This document shows, in pieces, positions 43,113 through 52,763 of a stretch of 64,000 nucleotides of DNA (its first letter is position 1; each line of letters opens with the position of its first letter). The stretch spans positions 10,059-74,058 of the forward strand of contig VFJZ01000007.1 in the NCBI GenBank assembly GCA_009885805.1, in the 5' to 3' direction. The translations under genes were made by a program, and so were the position numbers. Under the pieces are notes generated by a model. The model saw nothing but the letters and a program-made list of their open reading frames with translations, did no database searches and was not told the origin of the DNA. The stretch comes from Actinomycetota bacterium. GTDB lineage: Bacteria > Actinomycetota > Thermoleophilia > Gaiellales > F1-60-MAGs149.

Positions 43113-44217
43113 TCTCGATCGTCAGCACCGCGACCTCGCCGCCGACCTCGACTCCGCGATCGCCGCCGTGATCGCGAGCGGGCGGTTCGTCGACGGACCG
43201 GCGATCGAGGCGTTCGAGCACGAGTTCGCGCTGTTCTGCATGGCGCGCCACTGTGTCGGCACCTCCAGCGGGACGTCGGCGCTGGCGCTCGCCCTGCGCG
43301 CCGCCGGCATCGGCGCCGGCGCCGAGGTGATCACGTCAGCGATGACGTTCATCGCGACGGCGGGCGCGATCGTCGAGGCTGGTGCGACGCCCGTCCTCGT
43401 CGACCCCGACCTCGACACCGGCCTGATCTCACCGGCGGCTGCGTCTGCCGCGATCTCCTCCAGGACGCGCGCGATCGTGCCGGTGCACCTCTGGGGGCAG
43501 CCGGTCGACCTGGCAGGCTTCAGGGCGGTCTGCGACCGGCATCGGCTGTTCCTGCTGGAAGACGCCTGCCAGGCGCACGGTGCCTGGGCGGGCGGCCTGC
43601 GAGCCGGGAGCGTCGGCGACGCCGCCGCCTTCTCGTTCTATCCGGGCAAGAACCTGGGCGCGATCGGCGACGCGGGCGGCGTGGTCACCTCCGACGGCGC
43701 CCTCGCAACGCGCCTGAGGGCGCTGCGCGATCATGGTCGAACCGGCCACACGGAGCACGCCATCGCCGGCACCAACGCCCGCATGGCGGCGATCCAGGCT
43801 GCAGTGCTGTCGGTCAAGTTGCCCCACGTCGAGCGCTGGAACGGCCGCCGACGGCAGACGGCGGCGCTGTACGACGCGGCGCTCGCCGACGTCGCCGGCG
43901 TGACGCCGATCGGTCGCCGCCCGGATGCCGTGTCGGCGAACCATCACTACGTCGTGCGGTGCGACGACCGGGCCGCGGTCGCCGATCACCTCGCGGCCCG
44001 ATCGATCGCGAGCGGTGTCCACTATCCGGTCCCGCTGCACCAGCACCCGGCGCTGGCGGGCGTCGTGGTTCCGGCGGGCCCGTTGCCGGTCGCCGAGCGT
44101 CTCGCCCGGGAGGTCCTGTCGGTGCCGGTCCACCAGGACCTCGCGCCCGCAGACGCCGAGCAGGTGATCGACGCGCTGGTCACGGCCGCGGCCGCCGCCG
44201 TGAAGCGGGCGGCGTGA
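43069..44217 (+). CDS. DegT/DnrJ/EryC1-family PLP-dependent sugar aminotransferase
   Basis: LDLDRQHRDL ..., FVDGPAIEAFEHEF, and FSFYPGKNLGAIGDAGG (PLP lysine context). The start may be TTG 43090. Confidence 0.85.
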   Translation: MSTWRAALSRIRLLDLDRQHRDLAADLDSAIAAVIASGRFVDGPAIEAFEHEFALFCMARHCVGTSSGTSALALALRAAGIGAGAEVITSAMTFIATAGAIVEAGATPVLVDPDLDTGLISPAAASAAISSRTRAIVPVHLWGQPVDLAGFRAVCDRHRLFLLEDACQAHGAWAGGLRAGSVGDAAAFSFYPGKNLGAIGDAGGVVTSDGALATRLRALRDHGRTGHTEHAIAGTNARMAAIQAAVLSVKLPHVERWNGRRRQTAALYDAALADVAGVTPIGRRPDAVSANHHYVVRCDDRAAVADHLAARSIASGVHYPVPLHQHPALAGVVVPAGPLPVAERLAREVLSVPVHQDLAPADAEQVIDALVTAAAAAVKRAA

Positions 44218-45122
44218 TGGACGAGCGGCTGGCGGGCGCTCCGGACGAGGCGGTGGTGCGTCGGCGATACCGGCAACTGCGGGCGATTCGACGCTTCGAG
44301 GAGCGTGTGCTGGCGGCGTTCGACGACGGCGTCCTGACCGGGACGACGCATGCCTGCGTCGGGCAGGAAGCCAACGCCGTCGCGATCGCCGAGGCGCTCG
44401 GTGACGACGATCACGTGTTCTCGAATCACCGCTGCCACGGCCACTACCTCGCGCGAACCTGGGACGTCGCCGGGCTCTGGGGCGAGCTGACCGGGCGACC
44501 CGACGGCGTCTGCGGCGGCGTCGGCGGCAGCCAGCACCTGTCTGCACCGGGCTTCCGCTCGAACGGCGTCCAGGGCGGTATCGTGCCGGCGGCGGCGGGC
44601 ATCGCGCTGTCGCGGGCCCTGAGCGGGCGCGACGGCCTGTCGGTCGTCTTCTGCGGCGACGGTACCTTCGGCGAGGGCGTGGTCTACGAGACGCTCAACA
44701 TCGCCGCCCTCTGGCGTCTACCGCTCCTGGTCGTGGTGGAGGACAACGGCTGGGCACAGTCGACGCCGGCCGCGCTGAACCGGGCGGGAGATCTGCCGGC
44801 GCGGATCGCGGCGTTCGGGATCCCGGTCGATGACGTCGACTCGACGGACGTCGAGATTCTCGCGACCGCGTCGGCCCGCGCCGTCGCGACGACGCGAGCA
44901 GGCGGTCCGGCAGCGCTGGTGATCCGGACCTACCGCCTCTGCCACCACTCGAAGAACGACGACGCCCGTCCCGCCGACGAGGTGTCGGCGCGCTGGGCGT
45001 TCGATCCGGTCGCGATCCAGGCCGGACGGCTCGACGGCGCGGCGCGCCTCCAGATCGACGGTGAGGTCGAGGCGGCGCTCGCCGAGACGATGGGCTCCGT
45101 ACCGGCAGCGGTGGCCGCATGA
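44217..45122 (+). CDS. thiamine-diphosphate-dependent 2-oxoacid dehydrogenase E1 alpha subunit
   Basis: ATG at 44217 overlaps the upstream stop. RAIRRFEERV ... HACVGQEA ... and the TPP motif CGDGTFGEGVVYETLNIAALWRLPLLVVVEDNGWA. Confidence 0.85.
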   Translation: MDERLAGAPDEAVVRRRYRQLRAIRRFEERVLAAFDDGVLTGTTHACVGQEANAVAIAEALGDDDHVFSNHRCHGHYLARTWDVAGLWGELTGRPDGVCGGVGGSQHLSAPGFRSNGVQGGIVPAAAGIALSRALSGRDGLSVVFCGDGTFGEGVVYETLNIAALWRLPLLVVVEDNGWAQSTPAALNRAGDLPARIAAFGIPVDDVDSTDVEILATASARAVATTRAGGPAALVIRTYRLCHHSKNDDARPADEVSARWAFDPVAIQAGRLDGAARLQIDGEVEAALAETMGSVPAAVAA

Positions 45123-46129
45123 TCTACGCGCGCGCCCTGGGAGCGGCCCTGCATGACTGCCTTGCCCGCGACCCGCGGGTCGTCCTGCTCGGCGAGGACA
45201 TCGCCGACCCGTACGGTGGCGCGTTCAAGGTGACGCGTGGGCTGTCGACCGCGTTCGGCGAGCGGGTGCGGACGACGCCGATCTCCGAGGCGGCAGTCGC
45301 CGGCATCGCCGCCGGGCTGGCACTGGACGGCATGCGACCGATCGCCGAGGTGATGTTCGGCGACTTCATCACGCTCTGCGCGGACCAGCTCGTCAACCAC
45401 ATCGCGAAGTACCGCGGGATGTACGGCGTCGACACGAGCTGCCCCGTCATCGTCCGCACGCCGATGGGTGGTGGCCGTGGCTACGGCCCGACCCACTCGC
45501 AGTCGCTGGAGAAGCATCTCCTCGGAGTACCCGGTCTGCAGGTCGTCGCTGCCTCGCCCTTCGAACACCCCGCGGCGATCTACGATCGCCTGCTCGCGCA
45601 GGACGATCCGGCCGTGGTGATCGAGCACAAGCTGCTGTACGGCCACGAGGCGATCGAGCCGGGAGCTAGCCGCGTCGGGCCGCTGCGGCTGCGCTACGAG
45701 GGCGGAGTCGACGGCTGGCCCGTTGCCGTCCTCGCCCCGGTGCCGCGTGAGCAGTGCCGGGTGACCGTGGTCGCGTACGGCTGGCAGGCAGAGGGGGCGC
45801 GCGCGGTCGTCGAGCGGCTCGCCGTCGACGACGAGCTGTTCTGCGAGCTCCTCTGCCCGCTGCGACTGTCGCCCCTCGATCTGACGGCCGTGATCGCGTC
45901 GGTTGCAGCGACGGGGGCGTTGGTCACGGTGGAGGAGGGGACGCGGGGCTTCGGCTTCGGCTCCGAGGTCGCCGCCGGTGTGGCACACGCGCTCCACGGA
46001 CGCCTGCGGCGACCGACAGTCCGCGTCTCTTCCGACGACGGCGTCGTCCCGGGAGCGCGTGCACTCGAGCGCGCGATGCTTGTCGCGGCGGCCGACGTCG
46101 TCGCTGCGGTCCGGGCGGTGGCGGCATGA
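45119..46129 (+). CDS. 2-oxoacid dehydrogenase E1 beta subunit (transketolase-like)
   Basis: 336 aa. LLGEDIADPYGGAFKVTRGL ... RTPISEAAVAGIAAG ... RTPMGGGRGYGPTHSQS. Confidence 0.85.
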   Translation: MIYARALGAALHDCLARDPRVVLLGEDIADPYGGAFKVTRGLSTAFGERVRTTPISEAAVAGIAAGLALDGMRPIAEVMFGDFITLCADQLVNHIAKYRGMYGVDTSCPVIVRTPMGGGRGYGPTHSQSLEKHLLGVPGLQVVAASPFEHPAAIYDRLLAQDDPAVVIEHKLLYGHEAIEPGASRVGPLRLRYEGGVDGWPVAVLAPVPREQCRVTVVAYGWQAEGARAVVERLAVDDELFCELLCPLRLSPLDLTAVIASVAATGALVTVEEGTRGFGFGSEVAAGVAHALHGRLRRPTVRVSSDDGVVPGARALERAMLVAAADVVAAVRAVAA

Positions 46130-47223
46130 TCGAGGTGCGCATCCCGGTCAGCGACGTCAACTCGCGAAGCGCCGTGATCGTGGCCTGGCACGCGGCCGAC
46201 CTGGCGGCGGTCGCGGCCGGCGACCTGATCTGCGAGGCGGAGACCACGAAGGCGGTGGTCGAGGTGCGCGCCCCCGTCGCGGGGATCCTGCGACGGCTGA
46301 CGACCACCGATGCACGCGTCGACCTCGCCGATCCGGTGGCGGTCGTGGCCCCAGATCTTGCCGCTGCCAGGGCCTTCAGCCCGGCGGCGGCCGACGCGAC
46401 GAGCGGGATCGGCGCGACCGCGACGCGCGCGGCGATCGCGCTCGCCGGGCAGCTCGGCGTCGATCTGGCCGGCATCGCCGCCGACGGGCTCGTCACGGCG
46501 GCGATGGTCGCCGAGGCCGCACGATCGGGGTCGCGCCCCGACCTCCTCGACCCGCTCGTCGCGCCGCCGGGAGCCCGGCGCGTCGTGATCGTCGGCGCCG
46601 GTCTCGGTGCAACGCAGGTGGCCGACATCCTCGACCACCACGACGATCTGGCGCCCATCGCCGTCCTCGATGACGATCCCGGCCGTTGGGGCGCCGAGGT
46701 CGCCGGCCTCCCCGTCGTCGGTGGTGTGCAGCGCGTCGCCGAGCTGAGCGGCGCCTTCGACGCGGCGATCATTGCCATCTCCAGCTCGGTCGGCGCACGC
46801 GCCGCGCTGCGCGCGCGCCTGCAGTCGGTCGGCCTGCCGCTCGTGAGCGCGATCGACCCGACCGTCCGCGTCGCCCGCGGAGCGACGGTCGGCGACGGTT
46901 GCGTGATCTGCGCGTTCTCGCATCTCGGCGTCGAGTCCCGCGTCGGTGCGAACACGTTTCTGTCGGCGTACACGTCGATCGACCACCACTCCGTCGTCGG
47001 CGCCGACTGCTCGGGCGGTCCCGGCTGTATGACGTCGGGCTGCGTCACGATCGGTGATCGCGTTCGGCTCGGCACTGGCATCTTCGTCCAGCCGCTCGTC
47101 ACGATCGGCGACGACGCGATGATCGCGTCGGGCGCGATCGTGACGGAGCACGTCCCGGCCGGGTATGCCGTCAAGACGCGGATCGCCGCCACCGTCATCG
47201 TCGCGCCGCGGAGGGCGGCGTGA
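46126..47223 (+). CDS. chimeric E2-like protein: lipoyl domain + PSBD-like segment + PglD/NeuD-type hexapeptide sugar N-acyltransferase
   Basis: Residues 1-76 form a lipoyl-type domain (GDLICEAETTKAVVEVRAPVAGIL; Lys42 codon at 46249-46251). Then ATRAAIALAGQLGVDLAGIAADGLVTAAMV, which resembles an E3/E1-binding domain. Then VVIVGAGLGATQVADIL ... VLDDDP ... SIDHHSVVG plus left-handed beta-helix repeats, in place of an E2 catalytic core. Confidence 0.8.
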   Translation: MIEVRIPVSDVNSRSAVIVAWHAADLAAVAAGDLICEAETTKAVVEVRAPVAGILRRLTTTDARVDLADPVAVVAPDLAAARAFSPAAADATSGIGATATRAAIALAGQLGVDLAGIAADGLVTAAMVAEAARSGSRPDLLDPLVAPPGARRVVIVGAGLGATQVADILDHHDDLAPIAVLDDDPGRWGAEVAGLPVVGGVQRVAELSGAFDAAIIAISSSVGARAALRARLQSVGLPLVSAIDPTVRVARGATVGDGCVICAFSHLGVESRVGANTFLSAYTSIDHHSVVGADCSGGPGCMTSGCVTIGDRVRLGTGIFVQPLVTIGDDAMIASGAIVTEHVPAGYAVKTRIAATVIVAPRRAA

Positions 47224-47936
47224 GCGAGTCGTCGCGCCTCGAGGACGTTGCGACCCGGTACTCGGGGCACGACGGGTTCGACGCAGTCCTCGTCCGCTAC
47301 TCCGTCGGCCGTCTCCTCCGGCAGATGCCGCGCGGTGCCTGCCTCGAACTGGGCCCGGCCGATGGCGCCTCGACTGCGATCCTGGCCCGCGAGTACGGCA
47401 CGATCGCCTGCGTCGAGGGATCGCCGACGCTCGCGGCCGCCCTCCGCGCCCGGCTCGGGGAGCGGGTCTCGGTCACCTGCTCGCTGTTCGAGGACTTTGC
47501 TTCCGCCGACCGTTTCGACGCGATCTACGCGATCCAGGTACTCGAGCACCTCGCCGATCCGGTTGGCGTCCTGCGCCGCGCCGGCGACTGGTTGGCTGCT
47601 GACGGACGGATCGCGATCTCCGTCCCCAATGCCGCCTCGCTGCATCGCCTGCTCGGGGTCGAGATGGGTCTGCTGGCGTCGGCCGACGGCCTGACGGCGC
47701 GCGACCACGACCTCGGCCACCGGCGCGTCTACACCAGGGCGCTCCTCGACGAGCACCTGTGCGAGGCCGGCCTCGATGTCCTCTGGCGCGGCTCGTCATT
47801 CCTCAAGCCGCTCTCCAACAGCCAACTCGAGGAACTGGCGGACGACCAGCTGTACGACGCCCTCGACCGTCTGGTGGACGGCTTTCCCGACCACGGCGCC
47901 GACCTCCTCGTCGTCGCACAACGAAGGAAGACATGA
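47220..47936 (+). CDS. class I SAM-dependent methyltransferase
   Basis: GTG start overlapping the previous stop. CLELGPADG motif I; FDAIYAIQVLEHL. Confidence 0.8.
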   Translation: MSESSRLEDVATRYSGHDGFDAVLVRYSVGRLLRQMPRGACLELGPADGASTAILAREYGTIACVEGSPTLAAALRARLGERVSVTCSLFEDFASADRFDAIYAIQVLEHLADPVGVLRRAGDWLAADGRIAISVPNAASLHRLLGVEMGLLASADGLTARDHDLGHRRVYTRALLDEHLCEAGLDVLWRGSSFLKPLSNSQLEELADDQLYDALDRLVDGFPDHGADLLVVAQRRKT

Positions 47937-49084
47937 CCGCAACGCGCATTCCCGTCGCCCGCCCGCCGATCGATCCGGCCGATCTCGAGGCTCTCCGTCC
48001 CGCCTTCGAGTCGGGCTGGATCACGATGGGTCCTGCGGTTCAGGAGTTCGAGGCCGCCGTCGCGAAGGTCGCGGGAGCGGACGCCGTCGCGACGACATCG
48101 GCGACCTCGGCCATGCATCTCGCGCTCCTCGCCTGGGGCATCGGGCCGGGCGACGAGGTGATCGTGCCGGCCTACACGTTCGTGGCATCGGCGCACGCCG
48201 TCGCCCAGACGGGCGCGACGCCGGTCTTCTGCGACGTCGATCCCGGCACCCTCAACATCGACGCCGCGTCTGCAGCGGCAGCCGTGACCGAGCGGACGCG
48301 GGCGATCATGGCCGTGCACCTGTTCGGGACGCCGGCGCCGATGGCTGCCCTCCGCGCTATCTGCCGCGAGCACGAGCTGTGGCTACTCGAGGATGCCGCC
48401 TGCGCGCTCGGTTCGACGCTCGACGGGACGCCCTGCGGCGCCCTCGGCGACGCCGCCGCGTTCTCGTTCCATCCCCGGAAGGTGATCACGACCGGTGAAG
48501 GTGGGATGCTGACCAGCGGCGACGCCGACCTGCTCACCCGCGCCCGCGCCCAGCGCAACCACGGTGCGGAGATGAGCGCGTTCGACCGGCATCAGCTCGG
48601 CATCGGCGTCTATCCGACCTTCGATCTGCTCGGCTTCAACTACCGCCTGACGGACATCCAGGCGCGACTGGGACTCGCGCAGATGGCGCGGCTCGACTCG
48701 ATCCTCGCCGAGCGTCGACGCCAGGCGGAGCACTACTTCGACGCGCTCGCTGGGGTCGACGGCCTCGGCTTGCCGGCGCTGCCGGCCGGCGCCACCAGCT
48801 GCTGGCAGAGCTTCGCCGTCCAGGTGCGCGGCCGGTCGCGCGCCGCCGTCCAGGCGCACCTCGCCGCCGGCGGTGTGTCGGCTGTCGAGTCGTGTCAGCT
48901 GGTCCCGGCGCTCGGCTACTACGCGACCCGCTCCGGTTACGTCGCCGGAGCGTTCCCGGCCGCCGAGGCGCTTGCCCGAAATGCACTGTCGATCCCGCTC
49001 TACGTCGGGCTCGCCGAGGCGGACCAGGAGCGAGTCGTCGCTCTCCTCACCGAGGCGATGGCGTCCGTGGCGGTGGCGGCATGA
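47933..49084 (+). CDS. DegT/DnrJ/EryC1-family sugar aminotransferase (second copy)
   Basis: ATG at 47933 (gaaggaag RBS, ATGA overlap). IPVARPPIDPADLEALRPAFESGWITMGP ... FSFHPRKVITTGEGGM. Confidence 0.85.
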   Translation: MTATRIPVARPPIDPADLEALRPAFESGWITMGPAVQEFEAAVAKVAGADAVATTSATSAMHLALLAWGIGPGDEVIVPAYTFVASAHAVAQTGATPVFCDVDPGTLNIDAASAAAAVTERTRAIMAVHLFGTPAPMAALRAICREHELWLLEDAACALGSTLDGTPCGALGDAAAFSFHPRKVITTGEGGMLTSGDADLLTRARAQRNHGAEMSAFDRHQLGIGVYPTFDLLGFNYRLTDIQARLGLAQMARLDSILAERRRQAEHYFDALAGVDGLGLPALPAGATSCWQSFAVQVRGRSRAAVQAHLAAGGVSAVESCQLVPALGYYATRSGYVAGAFPAAEALARNALSIPLYVGLAEADQERVVALLTEAMASVAVAA

Positions 49085-50019
49085 AGGTCGCGATCTGCGG
49101 AGCGCTCGGGTTCGTCGGCACGCGCGTCGCGCGCGACCTGGCCGCGGCCGGGCACGAGCCGCTCCTGCTCGACGTGGCCCCGCGCTCGCCGCACCCGCTC
49201 GCCGAGACGCTCCTGCGGCGGCACGAGTTCCGTCGCTGCGACCTCACCGACCCGATGTCGACGCGAATCGCCCTGGCCGGTGCCGACGCCGTCTTCCACG
49301 CCGCCGCGCTCGGCGCCAAGGTCGAGCGTGACCGCCCGTGGGAGACGGCGCATCTCAACCTGATGGGCGCCGTCAACGTCCTCGAGTCGGCTCGCCGCGA
49401 GCAGGTCTCCCGTTTCGTGTTCGCGTCGTCGGCGGTCGTCTACGGTGACCGTTTCGGAACGACGGCCGTCGCCGAGAGCGACCCGCGCCCGCCCGCGACG
49501 ACGATTTACGCCGCGACCAAGGCGGCAGGCGAGGACCTCGTTGCCGCCTACGGCGCCCAGTTCGGTCTCAGCGGCCTCTGCCTTCGCTTCATGAACGTCT
49601 ACGGGTTCCAGCCGGCGACGATGGTGCAGCGTGAGTTGACCGCGCGGGTGCTCGAGCGCGTCGAGGCCGGCGAGCCGCCCCTGATCTTCGGCGACGGCTC
49701 AGCAGCATTCGACTTCGTCCACGTCGACGACGTAGCGCGGGCGGTCTGCTCCGCGCTGACCGCCGACGCGACGGGGACCCTCAACGTGGGCACGGGGTCG
49801 GCGACGACCGTGCGCGACCTGGTCGAACTCGTGCTCCGCGAGACGGGCTCGGGGCTCGCTCCGGAGTACCGGCCGGGAGGCGCGTCGCCGACGACGCTGC
49901 GCGCCGACACCGCTGCCGCCGACGCTGCCCTCGGCTTCAGGGCGGCGATCACGTTGCCGGAGGGCATCCGGCAGACGATCGCCGAGTTCCGCAACGCGGC
50001 GGAGCCGTGCGCCGCCTGA
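49081..50019 (+). CDS. NAD-dependent nucleotide-sugar epimerase/dehydratase (extended SDR)
   Basis: MKVAICGALGFVGTRVARDL and YAATK catalytic motif. ATGA overlap. Confidence 0.85.
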   Translation: MKVAICGALGFVGTRVARDLAAAGHEPLLLDVAPRSPHPLAETLLRRHEFRRCDLTDPMSTRIALAGADAVFHAAALGAKVERDRPWETAHLNLMGAVNVLESARREQVSRFVFASSAVVYGDRFGTTAVAESDPRPPATTIYAATKAAGEDLVAAYGAQFGLSGLCLRFMNVYGFQPATMVQRELTARVLERVEAGEPPLIFGDGSAAFDFVHVDDVARAVCSALTADATGTLNVGTGSATTVRDLVELVLRETGSGLAPEYRPGGASPTTLRADTAAADAALGFRAAITLPEGIRQTIAEFRNAAEPCAA

Positions 50020-50020
50020 C

Positions 50021-50941
50021 ATGTCGCGGATCCTCCTGATCGGCGGCCAGGCCCGCGGCCTTGCACTGTTCGACCTCCTGGTCGAGCGCGGCCGTCCGCC
50101 GCTGCTGGTGCACGCGCTCGCGGAGGATCCCCATGAGCCCCCTGGCCCCGGCGCGGCCCTCCTCACACGCTGCCGGGAGCGGGACATCGCCTGCGTCTCC
50201 GGACGCCGGATCGATGACGATGGGGCCGAGGCGATCGCGGCGATCGCACCGGACCTCGTCTGCGTCTGCGGTTGGCGGACGATGATTCCGATGCGTGCCT
50301 TCGCGAGCGCCGGAGCGGCTGTCGGTGCCCACGACTCCCTGCTGCCGCGTTACCGAGGGTTCGCGCCGAGTGCCTGGGCGCTGATCAACGGTGAGACGCA
50401 GAGTGGGGTGACGCTATTTCACCTCTCGACCGGGATGGACGAGGGTGACATCGTCGGGCAGCGGCAGATTCCGATCGCGCCACGCACCAACGCCGCGGAA
50501 CTCGCTGATGCGGTCGCGACGGCAACGGTCTCGCTCTTCGACGAGTACCTCGACGGTCTGCTCGACGGCACGGCCCCACGGCGCTCGCAGGATCACGCCG
50601 CCGCCACGTATGGCTGTGCTCGCACACCTGACGATGGCGCGATCGACTGGTCACGGCCGACGGTGGAGATCGACCGCCTCGTCCGCGCCCTCTCCGAGCC
50701 GCTGCCCGGCGCGTTCACCTCGCACGACGGCGAGCGTCTGGTGGTCTGGGAGGCCGAGCCGGTCGTGCCGGCGCCGGTGTACGCCGGGCGCGTGGACGGC
50801 CGTGTGGTCGCAGTCCGGCCCGACGGTGCCGTGGACGTGCTGACCGGCGACGGCGTGCTGCGCCTGCTCCGGGTCGGCGCTCCGTCCGGCCGGGCCGCGG
50901 AGCGGATCCGCTCCGTCCGGACGAGGCTCGGCGATGGCTGA
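50021..50941 (+). CDS. formyltransferase (Fmt/ArnA-type; candidate sugar N-formyltransferase)
   Basis: 306 aa. AHDSLLPRYRGFAPSAWALINGETQSGVTLFHLSTGMDEGDIV matches the H-x-SLLP-x-x-RG and D catalytic motifs. Confidence 0.8.
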   Translation: MSRILLIGGQARGLALFDLLVERGRPPLLVHALAEDPHEPPGPGAALLTRCRERDIACVSGRRIDDDGAEAIAAIAPDLVCVCGWRTMIPMRAFASAGAAVGAHDSLLPRYRGFAPSAWALINGETQSGVTLFHLSTGMDEGDIVGQRQIPIAPRTNAAELADAVATATVSLFDEYLDGLLDGTAPRRSQDHAAATYGCARTPDDGAIDWSRPTVEIDRLVRALSEPLPGAFTSHDGERLVVWEAEPVVPAPVYAGRVDGRVVAVRPDGAVDVLTGDGVLRLLRVGAPSGRAAERIRSVRTRLGDG

Positions 50942-52763
50942 TCTCCGCGTCCTGCTGCCCCAGCGTCTCGACATCCAGAGCCGGATGATGGACACGAACG
51001 TCCTCGGCCACTGGCTCGGGCTCGCCGAGGCCTGCGACGTCGTGCTGCACGGGCCCGGCCTCGAGGGCTACGACGACCGCCCGCTCGGCACTGTCGCCCG
51101 TGACGCTGACTGCGACCTGATCCTCCTGCCCGATCTCCATCACGCCATCCCCGGCATCTGGGACGACCTCTGGAGTGGGACGCAGACGACGGGCGTCCCG
51201 GTCTGCTGGTACCTGACGGACTTCGGATCCGAGCTCGCCGCGCGCCGCACCGTGTTCGAGCGTGTGCGGCCGGAACTGGTGCTGATCTCCGGTGATCCGA
51301 GTGCGTACCGGGCGTACGACGATCTGTTCGCGGCAATCGGAGCGCGCCTCGTCGTCGTGCCGCTCGGCTACGACCCGGCCCTCTTTCACCTGCCGCCAGC
51401 GGGCAGCGGCCGCGACATCGACATCCTCGTCGCCGGCGCCGACCGTCCGAGCGACGTGTACCCGACGCGCGGGCCGATGAAGGCGGCCGCGCGCCTGCTG
51501 GCCGGATCCTTCAACGTCGTCGAACTCGACCATCCCGGCTACTGGGAGTGCGACCCGGGGCGCCCGCAGGCCCGTGGGCAGTGCGAGCTCGCGGGTCTGA
51601 TGCGGCGCGCGCGTCTCGTCATCTGCGGCTCGGCGTTCGGCTGCTACGTGCGCAAGTACTACGAGACGGCCGCGTCAGGGGCCGTGCCGGTCGGAGACCT
51701 TCCAGAGCACCCCGACGTCGATCGTTTCCGCGGTGTCAGCGTCGAGATCGCCGCCGGTGCCACGCCTGAGGCGATCGCGGAGACCATCGCGGCGGTGCTC
51801 CGGGACCGGCCAGCCTGCGCGGCGCTCGGTGCCGCCGCTGCGTCGCGCCTCGAGGGAGCCGACCACGCCGCCCGCGGCGAGCAGACGGCGGCCGCGCTCG
51901 CAGCGGCTCTTGACCTGCAGCCACGTCGTCGACGCCCGCGTACGACGCCGCCGCCACCGCCGGCGTTGCTCGTGATCGCGAGCGCAGACCCCGGAGCCGT
52001 GCCCGCCCCTCGCACCGACTGGGTCGACATCTGGCGCGACGAGACATCCATGTCCCGCACGCGCCTGGTCGAGCGGGCGCTCGCCGCGGGCGACGCCGAC
52101 ATCGCGGTGCTCGCCCTCGACCCGGACGCCGCTCTGCCGGCAGATGCCCTGTGGCTCGCGGAGACCGCACGGCGCGCTGGCGGGTGCGTCGTGATCCGCC
52201 CGATGCGGCCGGGGTCGGGGGATCTTGTCGGCGACGGCATCGCGCTCGTCGCCGCACCACGGCGGGCGCTGCTCGCAGCGGTTGCGGGCGAGCGCGGTCG
52301 CGTCGGCCTCGAACGCGCGCTGCTGACGCTCTGCGCCACGTCGGTGCCGGTCGTCCTCGCGGAGCCGGGCGCTGCCGGCGCGGCCGCGGATCTCGCGCTC
52401 GTCGAGGCCGCGATCGGACCGGTGGCGGCGCAGGCAGCCACCGGTGTCGATGGCCCGGTCGGCCCGCCGCAGGACCCCGAGCTGACCGTCTCGCCCGTCG
52501 CGGGCGCGGTGCTCGTCGAGCTCGACCCGACGACGCTCGGTGATCTCGCGCGCCAGGCCGCAACGGGTGTCGCGACGGAGATCGCCGTCCCGGTCGCACT
52601 CGGCCTCTCGCCGGACGAGGCCGCCGACGTCGTCGTCGCGGCGCTCGATCGGGCCGGTGTCGATCTCGATGCGGCCGACCTCGTCCTCCTCGAACGCCCC
52701 CTCCACGCCGCCGAGATCGCCTGGCTGCGGCGCCGCGGTCGCCGTCAGGAGCGGGCGGCGTGA
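50934..52763 (+). CDS. CgeB-like glycosyltransferase domain + roughly 270-aa unrecognised Ala-rich C-terminal region
   Basis: 609 aa. RARLVICGSAFGCYVRKYYETAASGAVPVGD resembles the Glyco_trans_1_2/CgeB family. The C-terminal part has no motif I recognise. Confidence 0.55.
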   Translation: MADLRVLLPQRLDIQSRMMDTNVLGHWLGLAEACDVVLHGPGLEGYDDRPLGTVARDADCDLILLPDLHHAIPGIWDDLWSGTQTTGVPVCWYLTDFGSELAARRTVFERVRPELVLISGDPSAYRAYDDLFAAIGARLVVVPLGYDPALFHLPPAGSGRDIDILVAGADRPSDVYPTRGPMKAAARLLAGSFNVVELDHPGYWECDPGRPQARGQCELAGLMRRARLVICGSAFGCYVRKYYETAASGAVPVGDLPEHPDVDRFRGVSVEIAAGATPEAIAETIAAVLRDRPACAALGAAAASRLEGADHAARGEQTAAALAAALDLQPRRRRPRTTPPPPPALLVIASADPGAVPAPRTDWVDIWRDETSMSRTRLVERALAAGDADIAVLALDPDAALPADALWLAETARRAGGCVVIRPMRPGSGDLVGDGIALVAAPRRALLAAVAGERGRVGLERALLTLCATSVPVVLAEPGAAGAAADLALVEAAIGPVAAQAATGVDGPVGPPQDPELTVSPVAGAVLVELDPTTLGDLARQAATGVATEIAVPVALGLSPDEAADVVVAALDRAGVDLDAADLVLLERPLHAAEIAWLRRRGRRQERAA

